From Octopus sinensis (taxonomy: Eukaryota): a stretch of DNA of 64,000 nt. The translations under genes and the position numbers were made by a program. The stretch is taken from contig NC_043022.1 of NCBI RefSeq assembly GCF_006345805.1, positions 21,638,001-21,702,000 of the forward strand, given 5' to 3'. The first letter of the stretch is position 1, and every line of letters begins with the position of its first letter. The notes under the pieces were generated by a model that saw only the letters and a list, made by a program, of their open reading frames with translations, had not been told where the DNA came from and did not search any database. Positions 13,783 through 26,687 of the stretch are shown here, one piece after another.

Positions 13783-14312
13783 ATGTTATATGTATATATG
13801 TTATATGTATGTATGTATGTATCTATGGATATATATATATATGTATCTATGTATGTATGTATGCATGTATGTATATATATATATGTATGTATGTATGTAT
13901 GTATGCATGCATGTATGTATGTATGTATGTATGTATGTATGTATGTATGTATGTATGTATGTATGTATGTATGTATGTATGTATGTATGTATGTATGTAT
14001 GTATGTATGTATGTATGTATGTCTATATGTATGTATGTATGTATGTCTATATGTATGTACGTATGTATGTATGTATGTATGTATGTATGTATGTATGTAT
14101 GTATGTATGTATGCATGCATGTATGTATGTATGTATGTATGTATGTATGTATGTATGTATGTATGTATGTATGTATGTATGTATGTATGTATGTATGTAT
14201 GTATGTATGTATATATGTATGTATATATGTATATATGTATGTATGTATATATGTATGTATGTATGTATATATGTATGTTTGTATTATGTATGTATGTATG
14301 TATGTATGTATG
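13765..14312. repeat. (ATGT)n microsatellite
   Basis: Direct reading. Confidence 0.98.
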
Positions 14313-14949
14313 TGTGTTTCTATCATCAACACAAACACAACCACCAACAGCAACAGTAATATATATATATTGTATGAAGTAAGTAAGTAAATCCATTTCA
14401 AATAAAAACATATAATGTGGTATCCTAGTGTATTTTAAAAGTCGAATGAAATGTCTTAGATCTCAGGTTTATGAGGATTGACTCGAGATGAAACACCCAC
14501 AACAATACAATTAGCGACAACAATATGACCACCACACCATCAACGATACCCACCCGCCACCAACATCCAAAGCAATGCAACCCACGTCACAACTATCGAC
14601 CTACTAACTTTTGAATCCAACTAACTACAACATATACCTATATGTCTTCGTGTACACCAGCACGAGTGTGCATGAGTGTGCATGAGTGTGTGTGTGTGTG
14701 TGTGTGTGTGTGGTGTGTCAGTGTTTATGTATGAGCGTCCATGTATTTATGTATCAAGTCAGAAGTGCAAGGGACGAATTGCCTATAAAATCTCGTGACC
14801 CTTTGGCTAACTGTAATCATATACTACTTTATCAGTCCTTTACCGTTTCATCTCAATTTCACTATTGCAACAATAGGATTCAGACAATTTTCCACTCTCA
14901 CAAAACCAATCTTTCCTGGACCAATTAATTGCCGTTGCTGTTGGATTTA

Positions 14950-16620
14950 CCTTTAAGATGTCTGGAAAGAAGCTATGAAGCAGACTTGAAAGCAGTTGTG
15001 CAAAAAGGAACCATAAAAGGATCACACTGGATATTAAACTTGATGTTTTAAAAAGACTAGATGCAGAAATAAAACTAAGTTATATTGGCAAAACATTAAA
15101 CCTTGCAACGTCTACAGTGGAAACAATACGTGACAACAGACAGAAGCTACTCCATTAACTGTCCAGACCTTGTCTTTCAACAGATCTAATGTAATGCTTA
15201 AACTGGAACTCTTGAGTGTATGGATCAAAGAGCAGAATCAGAGTAATGTGCTGATAAACACAAATTATTCCAAAAAAAAAAAAGTCAAAATTTTATGTGA
15301 TGATTTGCAGAAAAAGGCAGGTGAAACTTCTAATGAAAACTCCTTTTTGATTAGGAGAGGCTGGTTTGAAAGGTTGTAAAAATGTAAAAATGTAAAAATG
15401 ACTGTTGAAAACTGATACAGAAGCTGCTACTAATTATCTTGAACAGTTGAAGAAAATGATTGCTGAAGAGAACTACACACTAAAGCAAGACTAAGACATT
15501 GATGGAACAGCACTTTTCTGGAAGCACATGCCAGCTAGAACTTTTATTTCTTGAGAAGAAAAATAAACCCCTGGATTAAAAGCTTCCAAAAATTGTTGGA
15601 CACTTTTTGGTGGGGAGGAAATATCACTATCGAAATGAAATTAAAGCCCCTACACATAATTCACTCTGAAAGCCTAGAAGCTTTCAGGAATTACATGAAG
15701 TTTAACCTATCTCTGATTTAGTGTTCAAATAAGAAGGCAAAGATGGCTAAAAGCCTTTTCAAAAAGTGGTTTACAAACGTTTTTTTGTTCTGCAGTACAG
15801 TTCCAGGTAAAATATTTTCAACAAAACATTGCTTCTTTTAAACAATACACCAAACCACTCGGTGAACTTTGATGATCTTTCTGATAATGGGAGAATAGAA
15901 TATATATTTCTTTACTACTCACAAGGGGCTAAACACAAAGGGAACAAACAAGGACAGACACACGGATTAAGTTGATTACATCAACCCCATTGCGTAACTG
16001 GTACTTAATTTATCGACCCCGAAAGGATGAAAGGCAAAGTCGACCTTGGCAGAATTTGAACTCAGAATGTAACGGCAGACGAAATACGGCTACGCATTTC
16101 GCCCGGCGTGCTAACATTTCTGCCAGCTCGCCACCTTATGGGAGAATAGAATATATCCCAAAGAACACAACTTCTTTGCTCCAGCCAATGGGTCAAGGTG
16201 TGATACCTAACTACAAGGCATATTATGAGAACTTTCAAATAACTTATGAAAGCAATTGACAGGGAGGATAAAACTACAATTAGACATTTCCGGAAGAAAA
16301 TTGATATAATGGAAGCTGTGGATAATATAGCTGAGTCATGGGATGAAGTGAAAACTTCAACTTTGAATAGTGCTTGGAAGAATGTATGGTCAGATTCTAT
16401 CCGTGACATTTCAAGTTTTCCTCATGTGGAAAGTCTACATCAAATTCAGAAAGACATTGTGACACTTGCAAAGGATGTAAGATTTGTAGAAGTCATAAAG
16501 GATGATGCATTTGAGTTGCTGGTGCCCCAGGGAGAAAGCCTATCTAATGAGGAACAGATGCTGTTAGAAAAAGAAAAAAACTAAAAATACAGAGGAGACA
16601 TGGGCAAGTTCCACCTACAC
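14950..16620 (+). pseudogene. Decayed Tigger/pogo-family (CENP-B-like) transposase
   Basis: [15 protein letters not shown]...LATSTVETI (HTH), LSVWIKEQNQ...RGWFERL (CENP-B HTH), DIDGTALFWKHMPARTFI (DDE start) and EAVDNIAESWDEVKTSTLNSAWKNVW, with many stops and frameshifts. Confidence 0.85.
15906..16137 (-). mobile_element. SINE family C inserted in the Tigger relic, 19-bp TSD
   Basis: TSD atgggagaatagaatatat at 15887-15905 and 16138-16156. Confidence 0.92.
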
Positions 16621-16623
16621 CAC

Positions 16624-16693
16624 TTAACCCTTTAGCATTTATACCGGCCATATCCGACCAAAATAAATACATGCACATTCATACATAAACACT

Positions 16694-16733
<40 letters not shown>

Positions 16734-17055
16734 CACACACACACATGCACACTCATGCACATTCGTGCTGGTTTACATGAAGATATATGTTGCAGTTAGT
16801 TGGATTCAAAAGTTAGTAGGTCGATAGTTGTGATGTGGGTTGCATTGCTTTAGATGTTGGTGGTGGGCAGGTATTCTGTTTTATGTTCAAACTGGCCAGA
16901 TCAGGTCTCTCACACTAACCCTACAATATCATTTTAAAAATTAACAGCTACCTCATTAAAATCTCATAGCTACAAGATAATGCATGATTAGTTCAAAACA
17001 ATGTAGATGAAGAAGCATTAATTTTGGCAGAATAATGCAAACACTAAAGGGTTAA
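16624..17055 (+). mobile_element. piggyBac-like MITE family E, interrupted by a (CA)n-containing repeat at ~16665-16873
   Basis: TTAA-CCCTTTAGC ... CTAAAGGG-TTAA; related copies at ~28121-28727 (split by SINE A) and ~49872-50100. Confidence 0.8.
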
Positions 17056-17149
17056 ACTGACTATAAAAATTATTGCTAAAGGATTGGCGCTTATCAAGGA
17101 AGGACTGCAGGTTTTTGCTGATAATGATCCAAACTACTACTATTACTAT

Positions 17150-17535
17150 TTACTATTTTACTTGTTTCAGTCATTTGACTGCGGCCATGCTGGAGCACCG
17201 CCTTTAGTCGAGCAAATCGACCCCAGGAATTATTCATTGTAAGCCTAGTACTTATTCTATCGGGCTCCCTTTACCGAACCGCTAAGTTACGGGGACGTAA
17301 ACACATCAGCATCGGTTGTCAAGCGATGTTGGGGGGACAAACACATACACACACATACATATATATATACATATATACGACGGGCTTCTTTCAGTTTCCG
17401 TCTACCAAATCCACTCACAAGGCTTTGGTCGGCCCGAAGCTATAGTAGAAGACACTTGCCCAAGGTGCCACGCAGTGGGACTGAACCCGGAACCATGTGG
17501 TTGGTAAGCAAGCTACTTACCACACAGCCACTCCT
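17150..17535 (-). mobile_element. SINE family A
   Basis: Full-length match to family A. Confidence 0.9.
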
Positions 17536-18169
17536 GTGTATGTAACATAAAAAATTACAAGAGGACTTTACAATGAGCTCAGTTCCTATACTGAGCTGTA
17601 CAAAGAGATGATGCATCATAAAAAACAAAGCATTTGAGTAAATTTTTCATCACTCAAGCTGATGTTCGTGGTAATGAACTATAAAATAGTAAATATTGTC
17701 CTTCAATCTTCTAGTACCATTCGTTCCACCATCATCCCTCATACAGTAGTCAACATCTTTTGTAGTAAGAACGTACTCTTACGATATTAAGATTCTTATT
17801 AATTCCCTAATGTATTCCTCTTGAAATGTTTTTGTGTTTTTATGTCTCTATATTCTACCATGTATGTTAAGAAATACTTATTTCATGTATAAAGGTGATC
17901 ATGTTGCTTGTTCTCTGTGTTGTTTTCTTGTGTTCCTGTTCATTTTTTTTTTTTTTTGTGAAAAAGGCCGTAGGAATGCAATCTCACTTGATATGAAAAT
18001 GAATAGGAAAATCAATTTTGCATTAAGGAATCTCGCGTTATGGCCAGATTTTCAAGAACACATTACTTCTATAAAGCAAGAGATTCATGTATATACTTAT
18101 ATAAATGCATGCATACATTTTCATTACCTGTATACATATATACACACATAGATACATATTCCATATACA

Positions 18170-18415
18170 TATACACACACATACATACATACATACATAC
18201 ATACATACATACACACACATACATACATACATACATACATACATACATACATACATACATACACACACATACACACACACATACACACATACATACATAC
18301 ATACATACATACATACATACATACATACATACATACATAAATACATACATGCATACATACATACATACATACATACATACATACATACATACATACATAC
18401 GTACATACATATGTA
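18170..18415. repeat. (CATA)n microsatellite
   Basis: Direct reading. Confidence 0.97.
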
Positions 18416-18629
18416 CATATATCTTCTATTTTTTTACTTCTTTTGGTCATAGATTGCCGCCATGCTACTGTACTGCCCTGAAGAATTTTTACTTCACTGA
18501 ATTGACCCCAGTACATATTTTTCATTAAGTCTGGTACTTATTCTATTGGTCCCTTTTGCCAAACAGCTAAGTCACAGGAATGTAAAAACATCAATACCAG
18601 TTGTCAAGCAGTGGTGGGGCACAAAGACA

Positions 18630-18679
<50 letters not shown>

Positions 18680-19143
18680 CACACAACAGGCTTCTTTCAG
18701 TTTCTGTCTACCAAATCCACCTCACAAAGCTTTGGTCAGTGCAAGGCTATAGTAGAAGACACATGCCCAAGGTGCCACACAGTGGGACTGAACCCAGTAC
18801 CATGTGGTTCATAAGCAAGCTACTTACCACACAGCCACTCCTATTGGCACTTTATACTGCTGTCTTCATCCACACACAACAAATGACAATATCAACACAG
18901 TCTGCTCTCGTACACATTACATCTGATGCCTCATATGCCAAATTTTTCTCTTAAAATGTCTACATTTTGTTGTACATGGCCAGGAGTTCCATCAATGAGA
19001 AACAAAGCAAATGAGCCGGGATATTTATATGAGGACGACAGGAAGTCAGGGCTGGCCAACAGAAATAGTAGCAATGATGCCATTATCACAAGTGAAGGAG
19101 CCACATGGTTTACGTGAAATGGAAGTATAGAAATAAATATATA

Positions 19144-19568
19144 TAGGCGCAGGAGTGGCTGTGTGGTAAGTAGCTTGCTAACCAACCACATGGTTCTGGG
19201 TTCAGTCCCACTGCGTGGCATCTTGGGCAAGTGTCTTCTGCTATAGCCTCAGGCCAACCAAAGCCTTGTGAGTGGATTTGGTAGACGGAAACTGAAAGAA
19301 GCCTGTCGTATATATGTATGTATATATATATATATATATGTATGCGTGTGTATATGTTTGTGTTTCTGTGTTTGTCCCTCTAGTATTGCTTGACAACCGG
19401 TGCTGGTGTGTTTACGTCCCCGTCACTTAGCGGTTCGGCAAAAGAGACCAATAGAATAAGTACTGGGCTTACAAAAGAATAAATCCCGGGGTCGAGTTGC
19501 TCGATTAAAGGCGGTGCTCCAGCATGGCCGCAGTCAAATGACTGAAACAAGTAAAAGAGTAAAGAGTA
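19144..19568 (+). mobile_element. SINE family A, full length
   Basis: Head aggcgcaggagtggctgtgtggtaag through tail gtaaaagagtaaagagtaaa. Confidence 0.92.
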
Positions 19569-21554
19569 AATATATATACACTCATCACACATATACAATG
19601 TATATACAGACTGGCACTCTGTCGGTTACAACAATGAGGGTTCTATCTAATTGATCCAATCAATGGAACAGCCTGCTCAGGAAATTAACATGCAAGTGAC
19701 AGAGTACTCCACAGGCACATGTACTCTTAACCTAGTTCTCAGGGAGATTCAGCATGACACAGAATGTGACAAGGCTGGCTCTGTGAAACACAGGTAGAAT
19801 TCGTTTTTGCCAGCTGAGTGGACTGGAGCAATGTGAAATAAAGTGTCTCGCTCAAGAACACAACATGCCAGCAGATATCGAACTAATGCCTTTACAATCA
19901 TGAGCCTAACATACTAACCATTAAGCCACACACATGTAACTTTATATACAAACAGCATATATGCATGTCTACATTCTATAAATGAAATTCTAAATATAGG
20001 ATATTGATTGATAAGATTATGGTAGATGAACTGGGGTGAGAGGAAGTAGAAAAACTGAGAGGTAACAGGTACATTGGCGGAAACAGAGACAGACTGACAA
20101 ACATAGAACTGAGACATTGCAAGAACACAACTTAAAGTGCTAAATCTTTTATAAATCAATGGAATTTCAAGCGAAATTTTATCTGAATTTTGCACAGTAA
20201 AATTATCAAATTGAAGAATAAAAATCATTTAAAATTTGCTAGATCTCAATTCAATCCATTCACAGCTGAATTACTACAACCACCACCACCACCACCACCA
20301 CTATTATTATTATCATTATTATTATCATTATTATTATCATTAATAGTTTCACTCCCTGTATGTTATATAAAGTGAAGGAAATAAAAATATTAATAATAAT
20401 GTTATACACTGGAATTAACAATTAGATTTTTTATGCAAATTATAAGCCAGGGAAGCAAATAAAGAAGCAGACAAAACTATTAATAGAAAGACCAAGTCGT
20501 AAAAATACAAAAGTAGAGATCTCCAAAATAGGTGCAGGTGTGGTGTGCACAGACATGGCTGTGTGGGAAGAAGCTCCAGGTTCAATCCCACTGCAAGGCA
20601 CCTTGGACAAGTGTCTTCTATTATAGTCCTGTGAGTGGCTTTGATAGCCAGAAACTGGAGGAAGCCCATCATGTGTGTGTGTGTGTTTGTCCTCCACCAC
20701 CAATTGACAACTGGTGTTGGTGTGTTTACATCCCCATAACTTAGTGGTTTGGCAAAAGAGACCAACAGAATAAAAGCCAAGCTCAGCAAAAAATTAAATA
20801 GTGGGGTTAATGTATTTGACTAAAAATTCTTCAAGGCAGCACTCCAGCATGGCCTCAGTCAGAAACAAGTAAAAGAATTCATTACTTTTAGCATATGGTG
20901 GATGGCTGTGTATGAAAAGAGGAGCTGTGATTATCAGTATCCTGTGTTATCTCATGAGACTCTCAAGATCTGATCTTAAAAAGTAATCCTATGGTCGTCT
21001 TTAGTTTGTTAGAGAAGCGGAATGTTGATTATCAAAGAGATCAAAATACTAGAAGAGAAGCTTGGCAGCAATAAATCTGAAATTCATGGCATTTTTTTTT
21101 TCTATTGAAATCATTTTAACATTCATAATTTTATTCTAGTCTCAGTTATTGCTGTTGCTTAGCTCCAGCTCCGCCCTTATCAGGTACATCTTATGATCAA
21201 ATGCATTCCACTTTTGATCATTTTTTTTAAAGCCCAGTGTACCTAAAATGATATTATTGCCTCTTTAAGACAGCAGCATCCAGTATTATGAGAAATTTGA
21301 CTGCTATATCACAAACATTCAGACCAGGTTTGTAGTATAAAGATAGACAATTCAATCTTGAGATATGTTATATCCTACAGCAGCAATTTATGAGTCTTGA
21401 TTTTTTTTCATCCCTCTCCATCCCCTAACTGGTTTTGAAGACCATATTAAAGATTGCGCTTATACCCAACCTTCTTATTCAACATCCTCTTCCATTCCCA
21501 TAAGGGGTAGTAAACAATGTTAGTGAGGTTGTGAACTCAATACTGAATAACCCA

Positions 21555-21897
21555 CTATGCTGAGACCCCCTTCGGTCATGACTGACCATGGGATTGCACC
21601 TAGAAAGTTATCCTCCCAGGCACAAGTCCACACAAGGTTGTTTATGGAAGACCAGAAGTCGCCCATGCATACCGGCCTCCCCTCTCCACACCACCAATGT
21701 TATCCAAGGGAAAGGCAAAGGCCAATACAGCTTGGCACCTGTGACGCCACAACTCATTTCTACAGCTGAGTGAACTGGAGCAACATGAAATAAAGTGTCT
21801 TGCTCAAGAATACAACATGCAGCCCATTCCAGGATTCAAACTCACAACCTCATGATTGTAAGCTCAACGCTCTAACCACTGAGACATGCGTCTTCAC
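21555..21897 (-). mobile_element. tRNA-headed SINE family F
   Basis: Minus-strand head gtctcagtggttagagcg...gagtttgaatcc, then cttgagcaagacactttatttc. Related copies at 40404-40720 and 59770-60050 (+). Relatives sharing the head at 19600-19930, 29860-30390 and 46500-46740. Confidence 0.8.
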
Positions 21898-22201
21898 ATA
21901 AATAATAACCCACTAGAGCAGGTAATAACGATGTCATTTTTCTGTCTATATTAAACTTGAATTTTGATGTTATGTTTTTCTCATATCTAGCTTTCCAATG
22001 GTATATTAATATAATAGTCTTTAATTGATTGATTACTGGACTACAACTAAGCTGGGTTCCACTTGAAAGGTTTAATGGTCATACAACATTAGTACATATT
22101 TTATCGTTGTTTGTTTGTTTTATTCTGTTAAGTTACTTGACATAAATGTAAACATGGACACAGAGATACATACATATATATATATATATATATGTTATAT
22201 A

Positions 22202-22253
<52 letters not shown>

Positions 22254-22297
22254 TATATATATATATATATGTTATATATATATATATGTATATATAT

Positions 22298-22385
<88 letters not shown>

Positions 22386-22601
22386 TATGTATATCATCAT
22401 CATCATCATCATCGTTTAACGTCCGTTTTCCATGCTAGCATGGGTTGGACGGTTTGACCGGGGTCTGGGAAGCCAGAAGGCTGCACCACGCTCCAGTCTG
22501 ATCTGGCAGTGTTTCTACAGCTGGATGCCCTTCCTAACGCCAACCACTCCGCGAGTGTAGTGGGTGCTTTTTACGTGCCACCTGCACAGAAAAAGAAAGC
22601 G

Positions 22602-22660
22602 TTCCCAAGCCGGGAATCGAACCCAGGCCGCCTGGGTGAAAGCCAGGAATCCTAACCACT
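22602..22660 (-). pseudogene. 5'-truncated tRNA-Glu(TTC)
   Basis: AGTGGTTAGGATT-CCTGG-CTTTCAC-CCAGG-CGGC-CTGGG-TTCGATT-CCCGG-CTTGGGA-A, then a T-rich trailer; about the first 13 nt are missing. Confidence 0.85.
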
Positions 22661-23014
22661 CAGTTTTAAATCTTTCGTGAAAACACGCCTGGCCATGGAG
22701 AATATTAACCTGCTTGAAAACAGGTGAGTCACCCTTCCAAACATCAACCGCTTTACTGAGTGGACTGGGCACTTTTTACTTAGCACCAACACTGGTGAGG
22801 TCTCCAAGTATCTTTCAAAAATTTTGGTTTATTATTTCTGACCATCATAAGTGTGTGGTCATGCTGGAGCACCACCACGAATTGAGTTAATTTCATCGAC
22901 CCTAGCATTTTGGTTGTTTTAGTGACATCCTAAGGGGGACAACTATGTCGGTCAGAAACTATATTTCTGTTCAATGCACTGGTTTTTAACTTTTCTCTAA
23001 GATTAACACACATA

Positions 23015-23665
23015 CAGGGATTGGACAAAATAATGGAAACACCTAGCATCAGAATTCTGAAATATTTATAAAACCATCAAAATCTTGTTTACTGATTTTT
23101 GTTTTTTGATTTATTATTAGTGTTGCTTAACATGTTTTGCTAAAATTGCTGTTTCTTTTCAGATATCAGCAGAAAAAGGTAATTGAAATTCATTAAAATG
23201 ACAGATCTATCGGACTTTCAAACTGGTCAAGTTGTTGGTGCTTGTATGGCAGGCGCTAGCGTACGAAAACAGCCGAAATGTTTGGTGTATCAAGAAGTAC
23301 TGTCTCAAAAGTAATGGCAGCCTTTGAGAAAGAGGGAAAAACCTATTCGTCAAAACAAAACTCCAGAAGAAAACCAAAACTTTCAGATAGGGACTGTCGG
23401 ACTCTGATGCAAATTGTTAGAAAGGATCACAAAAGTACAGCTCCCAAAATCACTGCAGAGCTTAATAAAACCTACAGAATTGGTCCCTATAGCAGTGGAA
23501 GAATGTTATTTTCTTGGACGAGTCCTCCTTTACCTTATTTCTGACCACTGGCCGAGTACGTGTGCATTTGACCCAGACTGCCTTCTTCCAACTGTTAAAC
23601 ATGGAAGAGAATCTGTGAGGATTGGGGCCCAATGGTTTCCCTTCATGGCAGAATTAATAGTCAAA
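23015..23665 (+). mobile_element. Truncated, internally deleted Tc1-family transposon
   Basis: TA-CAGGGATTGGACAAAATAATGGAAAC terminus; MTDLSDFQTGQVVGACMAGAS...AEMFGVSRSTVSKV...KITAELN, then IFLDESSF (first D) and LLPTVKHG. Confidence 0.88.
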
Positions 23666-23707
23666 TTCAAATAATACATTCACAAATTTCATTTGACAAA
23701 TTCCAAC

Positions 23708-23845
<138 letters not shown>

Positions 23846-24019
23846 GTACATATATATATATATATGTAATATATATATTATATATATTATATATATATAT
23901 ATATTATATGTATATTATATATATCTTATATATATATATATATGTATATTATATAGTATATATATATATATATATATATGTATAATATATATATATATAT
24001 ATGTTATATATATATATGT

Positions 24020-24055
<36 letters not shown>

Positions 24056-24265
24056 TATATCATCATCATCATCATCATCGTTTAACGTCCGTTTTCCATG
24101 CTAGCATGGTTGGACGTTTGACCGGGGTCTGGGAAGCCAGAAGCTGCACCACGCTCCAGTCTGATCTGGCAGTGTTTCTACAGCTGGATGCCCTTCCTAA
24201 CGCCAACCACTCCGCGAGTGTAGTGGGTGCTTTTTACGTGCCACCGGCACAGAAAAAGAAAGCGG

Positions 24266-24324
24266 TTCCCAAGCCGGGAATCGAACCCAGGCCGCCTGGG
24301 TGAAAGCCAGGAATCCTAACCACT
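24266..24324 (-). pseudogene. 5'-truncated tRNA-Glu(TTC), duplicate copy
   Basis: Same sequence as 22602-22660. Confidence 0.85.
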
Positions 24325-24672
24325 CAGTTTTAAATCTTTCGTGAAAACACGCCTGGCCATGGAGAATATTAACCTGCTTGAAAACAGGTGAGTCACCTTC
24401 CAAACATCAACCGCTTTACTGAGTGGACTGGGCACTTTTTACTTAGCACCAACACTGGTGAGGTCTCCAAGTATCTTTCAAAATTTGGTTTATTATTTCT
24501 GACCATCATAAGTGTGTGGTCATGCTGGAGCACCACCACGAATGAGTTAATTTCATCGACCCTAGCATTTTGGTTGTTTTAGTGACATCCTAAGGGGGAC
24601 AACTATGTCGGTCAGAAACTAATTTCTGTTCAATGCACTGGTTTTTAACTTTTCTCTAAGATTAACACACAT

Positions 24673-25320
24673 AGGGATTGGACAAAATAATGGAAACCCT
24701 AGCATCAGAATTCTGAAATATTTATAAAACCATCAAAATCTTGTTTACTGATTTTTGTTTTTTGATTTATTATTAGTGTTGCTTAACATGTTTTGCTAAA
24801 ATTGCTGTTTCTTTTCAGATATCAGCAGAAAAAGGTAATTGAAATTCATTAAAATGACAGATCTATCGGACTTTCAAACTGGTCAAGTTGTTGGTGCTTG
24901 TATGGCAGGCGCTAGCGTACGAAAACAGCCGAAATGTTTGGTGTATCAAGAAGTACTGTCTCAAAAGTAATGGCAGCCTTTGAGAAAGAGGAAAAACCTA
25001 TTCGTCAAAACAAAACTCCAGAAGAAAACCAAAACTTTCAGATAGGGACTGTCGGACTCTGATGCAAATTGTTAGAAAGGATCACAAAAGTACAGCTCCC
25101 AAAATCACTGCAGAGCTTAATAAAACCTACAGAATTGGTCCCTATAGCAGTGGAAGAATTTATTTTCTTGGACGAGTCCTCCTTTACCTTATTTCTGACC
25201 ACTGGCCGAGTACGTGTGCATTTGACCCAGACTGCCTTCTTCCAACTGTTAACATGGAAGAGAATCTGTGAGGATTGGGGCCCAATGGTTTCCCTTCATG
25301 GCAGAATTAATAGTCAAATT
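24673..25320 (+). mobile_element. Tc1 fragment, duplicate copy
   Basis: Same as 23015-23665 apart from several 1-2 bp indels. Confidence 0.85.
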
Positions 25321-25403
25321 CAAATAATACATTCACAAATTTCATTTGACAAATTCCAACATATATATATATATATGTAATATATATATATAATATATAT
25401 CTG

Positions 25404-25499
<96 letters not shown>

Positions 25500-25518
25500 T
25501 ATATATATATATATTATC

Positions 25519-25551
<33 letters not shown>

Positions 25552-25570
25552 GTATATATATATTATATAT

Positions 25571-25603
<33 letters not shown>

Positions 25604-25606
25604 GTA

Positions 25607-25680
<74 letters not shown>

Positions 25681-25721
25681 ATATATAATATATATATTAT
25701 ATATATGTATATATATATATA

Positions 25722-25935
25722 CCGGAGTAAAAAATAAATGTGAAACAAGGTGGAAAAAGAGTGCTCAAATACCAGTGGTAGAGTAATATGCTTTATTTTA
25801 AGCAGCAGAAAATTCAACAAAATCTGTTACTCTGAGTTTCTCGTTGCCGTTCATCAGACAGTTTTTGTCTGATGAACGGCAACGAGAAACTCAGAGTAAC
25901 AGATTTTGTTGAATTTTCTGCTGCTTAAAATAAAG
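25722..25935. mobile_element. Penelope-like pseudo-LTR fragment with a perfect 70-bp fold-back
   Basis: 25791-25860 is the exact reverse complement of 25866-25935; contains an HHR motif followed by AATAAA; flanked by (TA)n. Confidence 0.7.
25866..25901 (+). ncRNA. Putative minimal hammerhead ribozyme (mirror copy on the minus strand at 25825-25860)
   Basis: tgt-CTGATGA-A-CG(GCAA)CG-A-GAA-ACTC(A)GAGT-A-aca. Confidence 0.6.
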
Positions 25936-25976
<41 letters not shown>

Positions 25977-26264
25977 GGAGAGTTTACGAAAAAAAACATT
26001 TTTTAGAATTAATCACATAGTATCTTGTAGCTTCAAGATTTTTGAAGATGTGATTGTTTATTTTTAGAATGACATTGTAAGTTAGATGTGAGAGGCTGGA
26101 TCTGGGAAGTTTGAATAAAATAGGTAGAATATTTGGAGTAGAAATGGCCAGTTTAGATGCTAAAATGTTAATACATCACTCACTTCAACATCATTACCTA
26201 GCTTCCAGGTGCCTTCAGTCTTTGTTCAAAGCATTCAAGCTAGCTCTGCAGTCTCTCTTTTTTT

Positions 26265-26485
26265 TATTCTTTTTACTTGTTTCAGTCATTTGACTGTGGC
26301 CATGCTGGAGCACCGCCTTTTTTAGTCGAGCAAATCGCCCCCAGGACTTATTCTTTGTAAGCCTAGTACTTATTCTATCGGTCTCTTTTGCCGAACCGCT
26401 AAGTAACGGGGACATAAACATACCAGCATTGGTTGTCAAGCGGTGTTGGGGGGACAAACACAGACACACAAACACACATACACAC

Positions 26486-26524
<39 letters not shown>

Positions 26525-26687
26525 CGACAGGCTTCTTTCAGTTTCCGTCTACCAAATCCACTCACAAGGCTTTGGTCGGCCCGAGGCTATAGTAGAAGAC
26601 ACTTTCCCAAAGTGCCACGCAGTGGGATTGAACCCGGAACCGTGTGGTTGGTAAGCAAGCTACTTACCACACAGCCACTCCTGCGCC
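26265..26687 (-). mobile_element. SINE family A
   Basis: Full-length match. Confidence 0.9.

Noticed and set aside
13680-14411. MYVC/HTYI repeat ORFs (also 18038-18528 and the (TA)n ORFs)
   Set aside because: Tetra- and dinucleotide microsatellite translations.
18931-19130. Hydrophobic ORF / possible exon
   Set aside because: No convincing splice pair or recognisable homology, and the ORF begins inside a SINE.
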